64,000 bases of DNA from Lentisphaerae bacterium WC36 (GCA_020683205.1 CP085689.1:2162230-2226229); one strand, 5' to 3'; shown: positions 41,701 to 52,157, counted from the first letter of the stretch. Program-made: numbers and translations. The notes: generated by a model not told the origin, from the sequence alone.

Positions 41701-43308
41701 AATCGCAGGATTTGTAACCTGGGCAAATAATTGTTTGAAGTATGCAAATAATAATTGTGGCTTTTCAGATAAAACTGCTAATGCCGCATCATTACCCATT
41801 GAACCAGTCGGCTCCATGCCATTTTCACTCATAGGCTTAATTACAACATTAACGTCTTCACGACTGTAACCAAACATTTTTTGACGTTTTAATAAATCAG
41901 CTTCTGCTTTTGGAGTAGCATTTTCATTATTATATAAACCGCGTAATTCAATTTTGTTTTCTTGAACCCAACGACGATATGGTTGACTACGAGCAATTCT
42001 GCTCTTTAACTCTGTATCGAAAACAACACGGTCATTATTAATATCAACAAACATCATCTGCCCTGGCTTAATACGACCACGCTTTGCAATGTTTACATCT
42101 TCAATATCAATAACTCCAGCCTCTGAAGCCATGAAAATTTTATTATCTTTAGTGATTGTATAACGAGCTGGACGTAAACCATTACGGTCTAACATTGCAC
42201 CAATGCCACGACCATCACTAAATGCAACAGCAGCAGGACCATCCCATGGTTCCATGATACCAGCATGGTATTCGTAGAAACCTCTTAGATCATGCCCCAT
42301 GTAATATTTCTCTCCCCAAGCTTGAGGGATTAACATCATCGCTGAATGCGTCATGCTACGACCACTCTTTGAGAATAACTCTAAAGCATTATCCAAACAT
42401 GCACTATCACTTTGTCCTTGTTTAATAACAGGAATAATTTTCTTAATATCTTCACCATATAATTCACTAGCAAATGACGTTTCACGTGCGCGCATGTGAT
42501 TATAGTTACCACGTAATGTATTAATCTCACCATTATGTGCTAAGTAGCGGAATGGTTGAGCTAATGGCCACGTTGGGAAGGTATTTGTAGAGAAACGTTG
42601 GTGAACAACTGCGATTGCAGATTCCATATCTACATCATTTAAGTCGTGGAAGAATTTTGTAACTTGAGGAGCTAACAATAATCCTTTATAAACAACTGTT
42701 AATGATGAAAAACTACAAAAATAGAAATCATCACCGTCTTGCTCATTAGCAACAGCAGTGTTTTCAATATCACGTCTTAATACATATAATTCACGTTCGA
42801 AATTATCGGCATTTGTGAATTCTTTAGTACTTTCAACAAAACATTGCATAATCACTGGCATAGATTCTTTTGCTAAGCTACCAACATAATTGGTATCAAC
42901 TGGAACAGCTCTCCATCCCAATAACTTAAGGTTATTCTCAACAATTTTATCTTCGATTAATTTTGTTAACTCTGTACGTGCACCATCTTCTTGTGGCAAG
43001 AAAATCATTGCTACACCATATTTACCAGCTTCAGGTAATGTGATGTTGATCTCTTTACATGCTTTTTGGAAGAATTTATCTGGAACCTGCATTAAAATAC
43101 CAGCACCGTCACCAGTTTCTGGGTCGCATCCTACAGCACCACGGTGCTCAATACGTTCTAAAATTGTAATTCCGTCACGAATAATTTGATGGCTTTTACT
43201 TCCGTCAATGTTTGCAGCGAAGCCAACACCACAAGCATCGTGCTCAAATTGACTACTGTATAGTCCTTGAGTCTCTGGGTAAACATTTTTAAATTTACGT
43301 TTGTTCAT
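38761..43308 (-). CDS. gltB: Glutamate synthase large subunit
   Basis: N-terminal Cys1 amidotransferase (DACGVGF); FMN and 3Fe-4S domains; 1515 aa. Confidence 0.9.
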   Translation of the reverse strand: MNKRKFKNVYPETQGLYSSQFEHDACGVGFAANIDGSKSHQIIRDGITILERIEHRGAVGCDPETGDGAGILMQVPDKFFQKACKEINITLPEAGKYGVAMIFLPQEDGARTELTKLIEDKIVENNLKLLGWRAVPVDTNYVGSLAKESMPVIMQCFVESTKEFTNADNFERELYVLRRDIENTAVANEQDGDDFYFCSFSSLTVVYKGLLLAPQVTKFFHDLNDVDMESAIAVVHQRFSTNTFPTWPLAQPFRYLAHNGEINTLRGNYNHMRARETSFASELYGEDIKKIIPVIKQGQSDSACLDNALELFSKSGRSMTHSAMMLIPQAWGEKYYMGHDLRGFYEYHAGIMEPWDGPAAVAFSDGRGIGAMLDRNGLRPARYTITKDNKIFMASEAGVIDIEDVNIAKRGRIKPGQMMFVDINNDRVVFDTELKSRIARSQPYRRWVQENKIELRGLYNNENATPKAEADLLKRQKMFGYSREDVNVVIKPMSENGMEPTGSMGNDAALAVLSEKPQLLFAYFKQLFAQVTNPAIDPIRESLVMSLTTFIGNHSNILEETPCNAHLLKMKQPILTNDDLCRLQKAKIDTFQSQTIKIGFAADGEGSSLKAALEDVCEAAKAAIADGNSVIILSDRNLAANEAPIPSLLAVAAVNNFLTNEGIRTSAGLVVETGEAREIMHYALLLGYGATAINPYLALETIADLADKRALKAGVDTVKAIENYIKATGKGLMKIMSKMGIATLRSYRGAQVFEAVGLNKAVIDNYFTNTASRVAGIGLDEIAKEATMRVEAAATDKSSILSEGGVYRYRNNGEKHLWTPENITKVQYAVRNNDKKAYKEYAETINNQEKNLCTLRGLFKFKNATPISIDEVESADEIVKRFVTGAMSLGSLSKEAHETMAIAMNRIGGMSNSGEGGEDPVRFTPMPNGDDKCSAIKQIASGRFGVTIDYLSHAKELQIKVSQGAKPGEGGQLPGFKVDEFIAKVRNSVPGVTLISPPPHHDIYSIEDLAQLIYDLKNSNPQARISVKLVSEVGVGTVAAGVSKAHSDMVLISGHDGGTGASPMTSIKHAGLPWELGLAETQQTLVLNKLRDRIRVQVDGQMKTGRDVIIGALLGAEEFGFGTTALVMIGCLMMRQCHSNTCPVGVATQDPECRSRFPGKPEHLINFFYFVAEEVREYLASLGLRSIDEAVGRTDLLEMNDAIGFWKTKNLDFSAIFARPTEYDSLPVKQSVAQDHGIDKAYDQLLIKEAAETLSDASVPTKKTVDICNLNRTAGPMLSNAVVKAHGLAGLPDHTIDFTFTGCAGQSFGTFLKKGITFRLEGEGNDYVGKGLSGGIISIRPPRVSDFTPEDNVLAGNVLLYGATSGELYVNGQVGERFAIRNSGAKTVIEGAGDHCCEYMTGGIVVCLGDTGVNFGAGMSAGFAYILDEKGDFDLKCNLEMIDLEPVVSAEDEALLKGMIEKHFEYTESPKAKSILDNWSENLHKFVKVFPTEYRKVLGKMSKEDAEVKREVIND

Positions 43309-43394
43309 TTTACTTGACCTGACTTTCTTTATCTTAATTTTTACTTAAAGTTCTTAATTTATTATATTTTATTTCAAAATTCAGCATTTTAATT

Positions 43395-43410
43395 AGCAAA
43401 TATCATGCCA
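43395..43410 (-). promoter_or_regulatory. Sigma-54 (-24/-12) promoter TGGCAT-N5-TTGCT directed at gltB
   Basis: The plus-strand agcaaatatcatgcca is the reverse complement of TGGCATGATATTTGCT; GG and GC have the correct 10-nt spacing; about 85 nt upstream of the gltB ATG. Confidence 0.55.
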
Positions 43411-43729
43411 ACTTCTATATTATAGTTATAATAGATTAATTTTCAACTTGTTAGGTTTTTTTAAAAATCCCATTACTTAATTATAACATTACAAAAATGT
43501 CATAAATTTAAGACTTTATTACATTTTTGTATTTTTTTTAAAAACTTTTGTTTTTTTTCATATTATCCCTAGATTTTTTAAAAAAAAGACCTATGTGTTT
43601 AGTATAGCATTTATTTTTTTTAGAAATTATTAACTTTAATTTTTTAGTAATTCCAAACTAAACAAAAATTTTAAAATAGCGTAATTTTTGAAAAAAACTA
43701 AAAATTTTTAATAAAAATGGTAAATTAAA

Positions 43730-45268
43730 GTGAAAAACATTGAAAAAAACCTTGAATTACGAGTTTTAAATAAAATCAGCACTACAATTGTTCGCGAGCG
43801 TAATGTGGGTCAAATGTTCAAGGATACTTTTAATATTCTTTCTCATGAGCTGAATATTGAGCGTGGGACACTTACCTTAAAGCGTGGAAATGAGTTATTT
43901 ATTGAAGCATCTCATGGGTTAAGCAGTGAAGAGCGTCGCCGAGGAAAATATGCTCTTGGAGAAGGAGTTACGGGTCAGGTTGCAATGCGCGGCGAAGCTA
44001 TTACAATCCCTAATATTAGTCAAGAACCGGCATTTTTATACCGAACTGGAGTCAAACGTGTTGCGCATGGCGCTTTTATTTGTGTACCAATTAAAAGCGA
44101 AGGCGATGTTATTGGGACACTTAGTATAGAATTACTTGAAGATGACGCTGATTATCTTGAACAATTAGAATTTCTTCTTTCAACAGTTGCGAATATTATG
44201 GCAAATGCTGCGGCTGCTATTCTAATGGAAATTGAAGAACATGAAAAACTTGTAGAAGAAAATCAACGTTTAAAAATTGAACTAAATCATCATTTTATTC
44301 CCGAAAATATGATTGGTACAGGTAGCCAAATGCGTGAAATTTTCGTGCAAGTGGGGCAAGTTGCAGAATCACCAGCGACAGTATTAATTACAGGAGAATC
44401 TGGTACTGGTAAAGAATTAATTGCCCGTGCAATTCACAATGCTAGTCCTAGAAAAAATAATCCATTCATAGCAGTAAACTGCGGAGCTTTGCCAGAAAAT
44501 TTAGTTGAAAGTGAACTTTTCGGACATGAAAAGGGTGCATTTACTGGCGCAGTTGAACGTCGAAAGGGGCGCTGTGAACTTTCTGATGGTGGAACGCTAT
44601 TTTTAGATGAAATTGGTGATATTTCAATCCCAGTCCAGGTAAAATTATTACGTTTTTTACAAGAAAAAACGTTTCAACGAGTTGGTGGATCGATTGACAT
44701 TAATGTTGATGTTAGAATTATTGCTGCAACAAGCCGAAATTTAGAAGATTACATTGCTAATGATAGATTTCGAGAGGACCTTTATTACCGCTTAAATGTA
44801 TTTCCGATTCACCTACCAAATTTACGCAAACGCCGTACCGATATTATTCCATTGGCAGAACATTTCCTTGAAAAATTCAACAAAATGTATGGCAAAAATA
44901 TCAAACGAATTTCTACACCAGCAATTAATATGCTTTTATCATATCACTGGCCAGGGAACGTGCGTGAACTTGAAAACTGTATAGAGCGAGTTGTTTTAAC
45001 AACTCAAGATGAGGTTATTAGAGGTTATAATATGCCTCCATCACTGCAAACAGCACAAGCAACAAACACGACTATTATTCCAGAAGATAATAGCGGAGTT
45101 TCGCTTGAAACAATGATGGAGCTGTACGAAAAAGAGTTAATTATTGATGCATTGAAAAATCACCGTGGTAATGTGGCTGCGACGTCAAGATTCTTAAAAA
45201 GCACTCCGCGAATCATACACTACAAGATTAAACAATTAAAAATTGATCCATCAAAATTTAAACTTTAG
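43730..45268 (+). CDS. Sigma-54-dependent transcriptional activator with an N-terminal GAF domain (NifA-like bacterial enhancer-binding protein)
   Basis: GAF-like N-terminus; AAA+ domain with GESGTGKE Walker A and the GAFTGA motif; C-terminal HTH (…[25 protein letters not shown]); 512 aa. Confidence 0.8.
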   Translation: MKNIEKNLELRVLNKISTTIVRERNVGQMFKDTFNILSHELNIERGTLTLKRGNELFIEASHGLSSEERRRGKYALGEGVTGQVAMRGEAITIPNISQEPAFLYRTGVKRVAHGAFICVPIKSEGDVIGTLSIELLEDDADYLEQLEFLLSTVANIMANAAAAILMEIEEHEKLVEENQRLKIELNHHFIPENMIGTGSQMREIFVQVGQVAESPATVLITGESGTGKELIARAIHNASPRKNNPFIAVNCGALPENLVESELFGHEKGAFTGAVERRKGRCELSDGGTLFLDEIGDISIPVQVKLLRFLQEKTFQRVGGSIDINVDVRIIAATSRNLEDYIANDRFREDLYYRLNVFPIHLPNLRKRRTDIIPLAEHFLEKFNKMYGKNIKRISTPAINMLLSYHWPGNVRELENCIERVVLTTQDEVIRGYNMPPSLQTAQATNTTIIPEDNSGVSLETMMELYEKELIIDALKNHRGNVAATSRFLKSTPRIIHYKIKQLKIDPSKFKL

Positions 45269-45534
45269 ATTAAATTTTGATGACATATAAGATGTAATAA
45301 CTCTTTCAAATTAAGAATTATTGCATCTTTTTTTATTTTTTATTGTAGATTTTATCTTCTAAAAAAGTCACAATTTTGTCATATTTATTTTTTACATCCT
45401 ACTAGTTACCGTTAATATAGTAAATTACTCTGCCTTAAAATGAAATTATGCCAGAAAACTCAAATATTTTAATAAATGAGATTTTCTGACATAAAATTTT
45501 ACTTCATTATTTTTTTATATTCATCTACAGATAG

Positions 45535-48195
45535 TTAATGCGTGTGTTCCCCCAATTCAGGATGAGAATGTGTTCCCTCATAAACTCCACCCATACCAAT
45601 TGTTGAATAGATATAACTACAATGGTAACATTTATATTTTGTTACACCGTCTTCTTCTGGACAACCACATGTTAAAGAATTAGGGAAAAAATCTCCACAA
45701 GCTGCACATTCAGATCCATATAAATAAATACATGAACTAATATTAGGATTTGAATCTCCTGACCCTGAATCTCCTGACCCTGAATCTCCTGACCCTGAAT
45801 CTCCTGACCCTGAATCTCCTGAACCTGAATCTCCTGAACCTGAATCTCCTGAACCTGAATCTCCTGAACCTGAATCTCCTGAACCTGAATCTCCTGACCC
45901 TGAATCTCCTGAGCCTGAATCTCCTGAGCCTGAATCTCCTGAACCTGAATCTCCTGAACCTGAATCTCCTGAACCTCCTGATCCGTTAGAATCATGCGAA
46001 TGTTCACCTAATTCAGGGTGTGAGTGTGTTCCCTCATAAGCTCCACCCATGCCAGTTGTTATGTAAATATAGCTACAGTGATAACATTTATACTTTGTTA
46101 CACCATCTTCTTCTGGACAACCACATGTCAAAGAATTAGGGAAAAAATCCCCACAAGCTGCACATTCAGATCCATGCAAATAAACACATTGCACTGGGTC
46201 AGAAATTACCACCTTTAACACTCCCTTGTATAACTCAAGCATATCTGGCATCCATGCTGAAATTGCTTTTGTATATATATAATAAACTCCTGGCGTATTA
46301 AAAGTAACAAATTTTCTTGTAACTTCTTTTTTTTGTTCTATTAAGGTATTTTCAACAAGAGCTGGTCCATAAAATTCGAAATGAACAAATTCTAAAGTTG
46401 AATACCCCTTCCCTATCAGTTTATATGTTGTATTTGTAGTTCCATAAAAAATTTCGCCATTATCGGCAGCTATTCTGCTAGGCATTCTAGATGTAGCAAA
46501 TATCTCACCTGTTGTCGCATCTGTGATAGAAGCCTCAAGGAAACACTCTTCATATTCGTCAGCGACAGTAATTTTTCTATAAATATATACTGGTTCACCT
46601 TCTGGTCCAGTTCTTTCTAATTGCCCTCGAATCACATATGTTCCTGGTAAACTAATAGCAAATCGTTTAGCACCTGATAAAACTGTTTTTACAAGAGTTC
46701 CATCACCTTCAACCGTGATTAATGACGCAACATTATCTTTTATGCTTTCTTGACACGATAAAAATTCTGAAAGCTCAACCATCTCAAAAGCATTAACATC
46801 ATAGGTGACACTACTTTTTTTACAATTTTCTAAATTATAATATATAGGACCATCCCCTGGGTTTGACGATGACTCTGAAATTACAACCTTTAACACTCCC
46901 TTGTATAACTCAAGCATATCTGGTAGCCATGCTGAAATTGCTTTTGTATATATATAATAAACTCCTGGAGTCTTAAAAGTAACGAATTTTCTTGTAACTT
47001 CTTTTTTTTGTTCTATTAAAGTATTTTCAACAAGAGCTGGTCCATAAAATTCGAAATGAACAAATTCTAAAGTTGAATAACCTTTCCCTATCAATTTATA
47101 TGTTGTATTTGTAGTTCCATAAAAAATTTCGCCATTATCAGCAGCTATTCTGCTAGGCATTTTAGATGTAGCAAACACCTCACCTGTTGTCGCATCTGCA
47201 ATAGAAGCCTCAAGGTAGCATCCTTCATATTCGTCAGCCACAGTAATTTTTCTGTAAATATATACTGGTTCACCTTCTGGTCCAGTTCTTTCTAATTCAC
47301 CTCGAATTACATAAGTTCCTGGTAAACTAATAGCAAATCGTTTAGCCCCAGATGCAACAGTTTGTACAAGAGTACCATCACCTTCAATCGTGATTAATGA
47401 TGCAACATTATCTTTTATGCTTTCTTGACACGATAAAAATTCTAAAAGAACAACCATTTCATAGGCATTAACATCATAGGTAGCGTTATCATTTTTTGAT
47501 TCTTCTAAGTCATAATATACAGAACTTGTAACCGAGCCCCCAGAACCTGAATCTCCTGAACCTGAATCTCCTGAACCTGAATCTCCTGAACCTGAATCTC
47601 CTGAACCTGAATCTCCTGAACCTGAATCTCCTGAACCTGAATCTCCTGAACCTGAATCTCCTGAACCTGAATCTCCTGAACCTGAATCTCCTGAACCTGA
47701 ATCTCCTGAACCTGAATCTCCTGAACCTGAATCTCCTGAACCTGAATCTCCTGAACCTGAATCTCCTGAACCTGAATCTCCTGAACCTGAATCTCCTGAG
47801 CCTGAATCTCCTGAGCCTGAATCTCCTGAGCCTGAATCTCCTGAGCCTGAATCTCCTGAGCCTGAATCACCTGAGCCTGAATCTCCTGAGCCTTCGTTCT
47901 CATGAGTATGTTCTCCTAATTCAGGATGTGAATGTGACCCCTCGTACAATCCCCCCATATATGTGTTATATTCATAACTACAATGATAACAACGGTAGAT
48001 GGTCGACCCATCTTCCTCTGGACAACCGCATGTTGGAGAATAGTACACTGACTTTGCACAAGCGGCACAATCTGATCTAAATAAATAAACACATGAACTA
48101 CTTGGAACAGCTTCTGTTTCACCTTTTACTAATGGCGTTGTTATCATAGAGGTTAATAACAACATCATCGAAAATACAAATTTTTTAAATTTCAT
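45535..48195 (-). CDS. Large secreted modular repeat protein with three Cys7/His-rich modules, two (SGD)n linkers and a duplicated ~210-aa domain
   Basis: Signal peptide. Architecture is A1–(GDSGS)~23–B1–B2–A2–(GDSGS)~16–A3, where A = C-x7-C-x2-C…CGCPEEDG…YxCYHCSY…HSHPELGEH[TS]H. Confidence 0.6.
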   Translation of the reverse strand: MKFKKFVFSMMLLLTSMITTPLVKGETEAVPSSSCVYLFRSDCAACAKSVYYSPTCGCPEEDGSTIYRCYHCSYEYNTYMGGLYEGSHSHPELGEHTHENEGSGDSGSGDSGSGDSGSGDSGSGDSGSGDSGSGDSGSGDSGSGDSGSGDSGSGDSGSGDSGSGDSGSGDSGSGDSGSGDSGSGDSGSGDSGSGDSGSGDSGSGDSGSGDSGSGDSGSGGSVTSSVYYDLEESKNDNATYDVNAYEMVVLLEFLSCQESIKDNVASLITIEGDGTLVQTVASGAKRFAISLPGTYVIRGELERTGPEGEPVYIYRKITVADEYEGCYLEASIADATTGEVFATSKMPSRIAADNGEIFYGTTNTTYKLIGKGYSTLEFVHFEFYGPALVENTLIEQKKEVTRKFVTFKTPGVYYIYTKAISAWLPDMLELYKGVLKVVISESSSNPGDGPIYYNLENCKKSSVTYDVNAFEMVELSEFLSCQESIKDNVASLITVEGDGTLVKTVLSGAKRFAISLPGTYVIRGQLERTGPEGEPVYIYRKITVADEYEECFLEASITDATTGEIFATSRMPSRIAADNGEIFYGTTNTTYKLIGKGYSTLEFVHFEFYGPALVENTLIEQKKEVTRKFVTFNTPGVYYIYTKAISAWMPDMLELYKGVLKVVISDPVQCVYLHGSECAACGDFFPNSLTCGCPEEDGVTKYKCYHCSYIYITTGMGGAYEGTHSHPELGEHSHDSNGSGGSGDSGSGDSGSGDSGSGDSGSGDSGSGDSGSGDSGSGDSGSGDSGSGDSGSGDSGSGDSGSGDSGSGDSGSGDSNPNISSCIYLYGSECAACGDFFPNSLTCGCPEEDGVTKYKCYHCSYIYSTIGMGGVYEGTHSHPELGEHTH
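45750..45985. repeat. Perfect 15-bp tandem repeat (cctgaatctcctgaN), about 16 units, coding for (SGDSG)n
   Basis: Seen directly; units differ only at wobble positions. Confidence 0.85.
46200..47540. repeat. Tandem duplication of about 680 bp, two copies at about 95% identity, inside the repeat-protein gene
   Basis: The same strings (e.g. acctttaacactcccttgtataactcaagcatatctgg) occur at 46209 and 46887; the encoded 210-aa domains are nearly identical. Confidence 0.8.
47545..47893. repeat. Second block of the same 15-bp tandem repeat, about 23 units
   Basis: Seen directly. Confidence 0.85.
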
Positions 48196-48487
48196 TTTTC
48201 TTCCTTTTTGTTTTGTTTAAAATTGACTCTAACAAATTGATTAAAAATGATTTAAAAAATAATAAAAACCAATATAAAAAAAACACCACTAAACACCTAC
48301 ATATCAACCTTTAAAGATAATTTAAACACTAAAAATCAATCATTTAGACTACTAATCAAACAATATCATACTAATTTATAATTGCAAACTGTTTTATTAT
48401 ACTAATGTTTTAATTTAATTCAAAAAAAAGGTTATAGCTGAAACTTCAGCTATAACCTTTTATAAATACTGCTAGAAAAGAAACTAA

Positions 48488-50884
48488 TTATTCTTTATTA
48501 ATTATAAAATTTTGATTACTACCATAAATTTTAAAGTCTTTAATCCGTCCAGTTGCTTTATTTGCTCGTGGCAAATACAACAATTTACCAACATCTTGCT
48601 TTTTACCCAAATCAATTACAATCTGATGTGGATGAGTTGGAGTATTACCACCTTGCCATTTTGTATGCCAATAAGTCACTGGCTGATTATCAATAATATT
48701 ATCAGCTCCGCCTGACTCCCCAACTTTTTCCTCACTATCGGCATAAATAACCTTCCAGCCATTGCGATCTATTTCAGCACCATCCTTATCAAACATATGA
48801 ACTTCAGCAATCGTCGTATACTTATCGTTTTTACTGAATGAACTCAATGCCTCAATACAAATATAGCGACACTTCGTCCCTTTATTAAAAGCAACTGTTT
48901 GCCCAACTGCTGAATTTTTAAACTGCCCTTGAGCAACAATATCACTTTGCTGTAATTTTAATTCTTGCCCAGCCTTGCGTAAATATTTGATTCCAGAATC
49001 ATTCTTCAATTCATAGACCATATTTTTTAAACCTTGAACTTTATTAATATTTTTTGGCTCAAGGTCCATAACAATAATCTCATTATTACCACGCTTTAAC
49101 CAGCATCCTGGTAAATAAAGAGCCTGTTGAGGTCCAATACTCCAGAATCTACCCAAGTTGTGACCATTAACCCAAACCATACCTTTTCCCCATTTTCTCA
49201 TATCAAGAAATGTATCACCAATTTCATTTAACGTGAAAATTCCTTTATAAAAGTATGGCATGGCGTTTTGTGCTTTTGTAACTTTTGAAAACTTTAATTC
49301 ATCGATATTATCGAGGGGAAATCCAATCATTTGCCAATTTTTAAGTTCTTTATTCGCTAATAAAACTTTTCCAGGAATACCTTTGCGATCAGTTACCATG
49401 GTGTGAGAGAAATTAATATGCCCCATATTTTCAACCAAAATATCAAGCGTGGCATTGCCCGCAGGAATATCAACTTCAATGCTTTTTTGATTATTGCCAT
49501 GACGTCGATCCAATGTCCCAACTTTTTTGCCATTGACAATAATAATTGCACGATCACTTAACGTTGAAAAAGTTAATTTGCCTTTAACAGGTCCAGTTAT
49601 ATTAGTTTTATATAAAACAAATCCTTGATTAACATCAATTGCTTCCATATAAGTTGGCACTTCAACATTAACTGGCGAGCTCGCTAATTGACTAAATGAA
49701 GCCATTTGACTCATCCCAAATGTTGGAATAGTAATTTTCTTAATTGGTTTAGGCATTGGCGGTAAAACAGTTCCCTCTGGAAGATATTTTTTGATAACAT
49801 TTTGGAAATCATAAAATTTCTTTGCTGGTGTACCGTCTTCATGTAAGTTTGCTGAATAATCATAACTAGTAGTATCAACGCTATATTTTCCTGACCAATT
49901 TGCTCCAGAACTAAAACCAAAATTTGTTCCACCAATGAACATATAATTATTAAATGAAATATTATTTTTTAGCATCCACTCAATCATTACAGCTTTTTCT
50001 TTACCATTAGTACTGTGATGTTGAGCGCCCCAATGGTCAAACCAGCCAGTCCAAAATTCTCCAGCCATTCGTGGCAATTTGGGGCAATATTTATCAAAAA
50101 CTTTAAATGCATTTTGTGGATTATTACCAAAATTCATGCTTGGAGTAACCCCATCAATGTGACCATTTTCAATATTTGCTTTTCTTGGCCAGTCACACCT
50201 TATCAATAAACTATCGGTAAAACCAGCTTCAACGTAAAGCTGTTTCATTTGATTTAAATATTCTTTATCCTTTCCAAAAACTGCATATTCATTTTCTACC
50301 TGAGTCATAATAATTGGACCACCACGATCAATTTGCAAGTCGCGAAGTTGTTCGCCAACGGCATTTAAATAGCGTTTTGTAGCTGCCATAAATTTTGGAT
50401 CTTTACTTCTAATTACCATCTTTGGATCTTTCAATAACCACGCTGGCATACCACCTAAATCCCATTCAGAGCAAATATAAGGGCCAGGACGTAAAATTAC
50501 CCATAAACCTTCATCTTGGGCAATTCGACAAAATTCAGCAATGTCCAATTCTCCAGTAAAATCAAATTGACCTGGTTGTTTTTCATGAGCATTCCAAAAA
50601 ACGTAAGTACTAATAGTGTTCAGACCCATCGCACGTGCTTTTTTCATGCGATCACGCCAATATGCTCTAGGAACACGAGTATAGTGCAATGATCCAGACA
50701 TTATTAAAGCTGGCTTATTGTTAAAAACAAAATTTCTTTTTTCAATGCCAAAAGTTGGTTGCTTTTCGCCTTGAGAGTTAGGAATTGGTGCTAAATTTAC
50801 AGTTTGAGCGCTACTAACTAAAGCTCCTAAACTCACAGCAGCGAACAATAAATTTTTAAATTTTTTCTTCTTATTTTGTTTCAC
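48488..50884 (-). CDS. Secreted GH35-family beta-galactosidase with a C-terminal F5/8 type C (discoidin) domain
   Basis: Signal peptide; GH35 core (GLNTISTYVFWNAHE, PGPYICSEWDLGGMPAWL, catalytic ENEY); a discoidin-like tail; 798 aa. Confidence 0.8.
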   Translation of the reverse strand: MKQNKKKKFKNLLFAAVSLGALVSSAQTVNLAPIPNSQGEKQPTFGIEKRNFVFNNKPALIMSGSLHYTRVPRAYWRDRMKKARAMGLNTISTYVFWNAHEKQPGQFDFTGELDIAEFCRIAQDEGLWVILRPGPYICSEWDLGGMPAWLLKDPKMVIRSKDPKFMAATKRYLNAVGEQLRDLQIDRGGPIIMTQVENEYAVFGKDKEYLNQMKQLYVEAGFTDSLLIRCDWPRKANIENGHIDGVTPSMNFGNNPQNAFKVFDKYCPKLPRMAGEFWTGWFDHWGAQHHSTNGKEKAVMIEWMLKNNISFNNYMFIGGTNFGFSSGANWSGKYSVDTTSYDYSANLHEDGTPAKKFYDFQNVIKKYLPEGTVLPPMPKPIKKITIPTFGMSQMASFSQLASSPVNVEVPTYMEAIDVNQGFVLYKTNITGPVKGKLTFSTLSDRAIIIVNGKKVGTLDRRHGNNQKSIEVDIPAGNATLDILVENMGHINFSHTMVTDRKGIPGKVLLANKELKNWQMIGFPLDNIDELKFSKVTKAQNAMPYFYKGIFTLNEIGDTFLDMRKWGKGMVWVNGHNLGRFWSIGPQQALYLPGCWLKRGNNEIIVMDLEPKNINKVQGLKNMVYELKNDSGIKYLRKAGQELKLQQSDIVAQGQFKNSAVGQTVAFNKGTKCRYICIEALSSFSKNDKYTTIAEVHMFDKDGAEIDRNGWKVIYADSEEKVGESGGADNIIDNQPVTYWHTKWQGGNTPTHPHQIVIDLGKKQDVGKLLYLPRANKATGRIKDFKIYGSNQNFIINKE

Positions 50885-51866
50885 GGTGTTTTTCCTTTAA
50901 ACTTTTTTAATTGCAATAAAAATATTTTATTGTGTGAAAATTCAATATAACCTCAAAACACCAACAAGCAAATAAAAATAACAAAATGATCCTTTATAAA
51001 ATTATGCTAACTAACTATTTTATGTTGCAAGTCATTTCAAAAATTAAAATTAATTTACTATAGTTTATTCTTTAATCATATCTTCATAAAAAATTCTAAT
51101 TTAATAATTTTTAGAGATACAACAAAGTTTAATCTAAGACGCTATTTGATAAGGGTTGAAAATATTTTTTGCGCATTTCACTATATAATTTTACATTTAA
51201 AAACAATACAAAGGATTAAATTGATTGCAACAATAATATATTGAACAACATTAAATAACCACTCAGTATAATAAAAGTAACAAATGATAGCTGCAAAATC
51301 ATAGCTTATTGAGAGCATAATTAAGGTCTAATAATTTTCTTAAAGCATTAAACGAAACATTAACAATTGTATAAGAAATTAAAAAAGAATACGATATTGA
51401 TGGTAATTTTGTGAATAAATTAGAGTACAAAACTTTATATAAAAAAGTTTCCTCTTTGTCAAAAAATGTAATTGTATATAAATAATGAAATTGCTAAAAC
51501 TAGACCAGATAAATAAAGATTCAGATATAGTATATTTTCAATGCTGCTCAAAAAAATTATTAATCATTACAGAAAAAATCAAGTATTGCATTTTATCATG
51601 AAAACAACGAATATTAATGGTAATTGAGCTTTTTTTCATAATAGTGCTACTCTGCATTTTCTTGTTTTTCACCATATTTTTTGAACCATTTTATCATTCC
51701 ACAATCACATTTTATCTATAAACATATATCAAATATACCTTAACTTTATAGTCATCTAAGGGTAAATCAAATTGTTATAGCAATATTCTACACTTGTTGA
51801 AATGATTACATTAATTTATTAATTAGCACCCAAATAAATAGTAAGAAAAGTAGATAAATTACACAT

Positions 51867-52157
51867 CTAAATTTTCTTACTAAAAAAATAATTTTTACGC
51901 TCAATAATTTCTACATTTGCTTTAAAAATCACTGATTGCTCCAGCGCTAAGTAATAAAATATCTCTTCAAATGAAGTAAGATAAGTATAACATTTTTTTC
52001 CAATTACGATTTTGAATAATTTTTTTCTAGTAATAACCTTGCTTCTTGATTTGGCTAATATTTTTCGAAAATCGTCCTTATAAACAACTATGTCTCCTTT
52101 ATTTATAACTTTTATAAGAAAGATTAAAATCAAATAAAGAACTACAATTATTCCCAA
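51867..52157 (-). CDS. Hypothetical small protein (96 aa); doubtful
   Basis: The only ORF in a 1.3-kb AT-rich low-coding stretch; no supporting signals. Confidence 0.2.
   Translation of the reverse strand: MGIIVVLYLILIFLIKVINKGDIVVYKDDFRKILAKSRSKVITRKKLFKIVIGKKCYTYLTSFEEIFYYLALEQSVIFKANVEIIERKNYFFSKKI

Noticed and set aside
38768-43189. Several 80-100-aa plus-strand ORFs inside gltB (38768..39037, 38898..39146, 41342..41614, 41618..41869, 42890..43189) and minus-strand ORFs inside gltD and glnA
   Set aside because: They are antisense to, or embedded in, confidently identified long genes. They have no RBS and are typical spurious frames.
45672-46007. ORFs encoding QEIQVQEIQ… (45672..46007 and 47505..47903, minus) and LNLLTLNLL… (45750..45989, plus)
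   Set aside because: These are alternative-frame readings of the 15-bp tandem repeat inside the 886-aa gene and are not independent genes. They are not CRISPR either, as the units are contiguous with no spacers.
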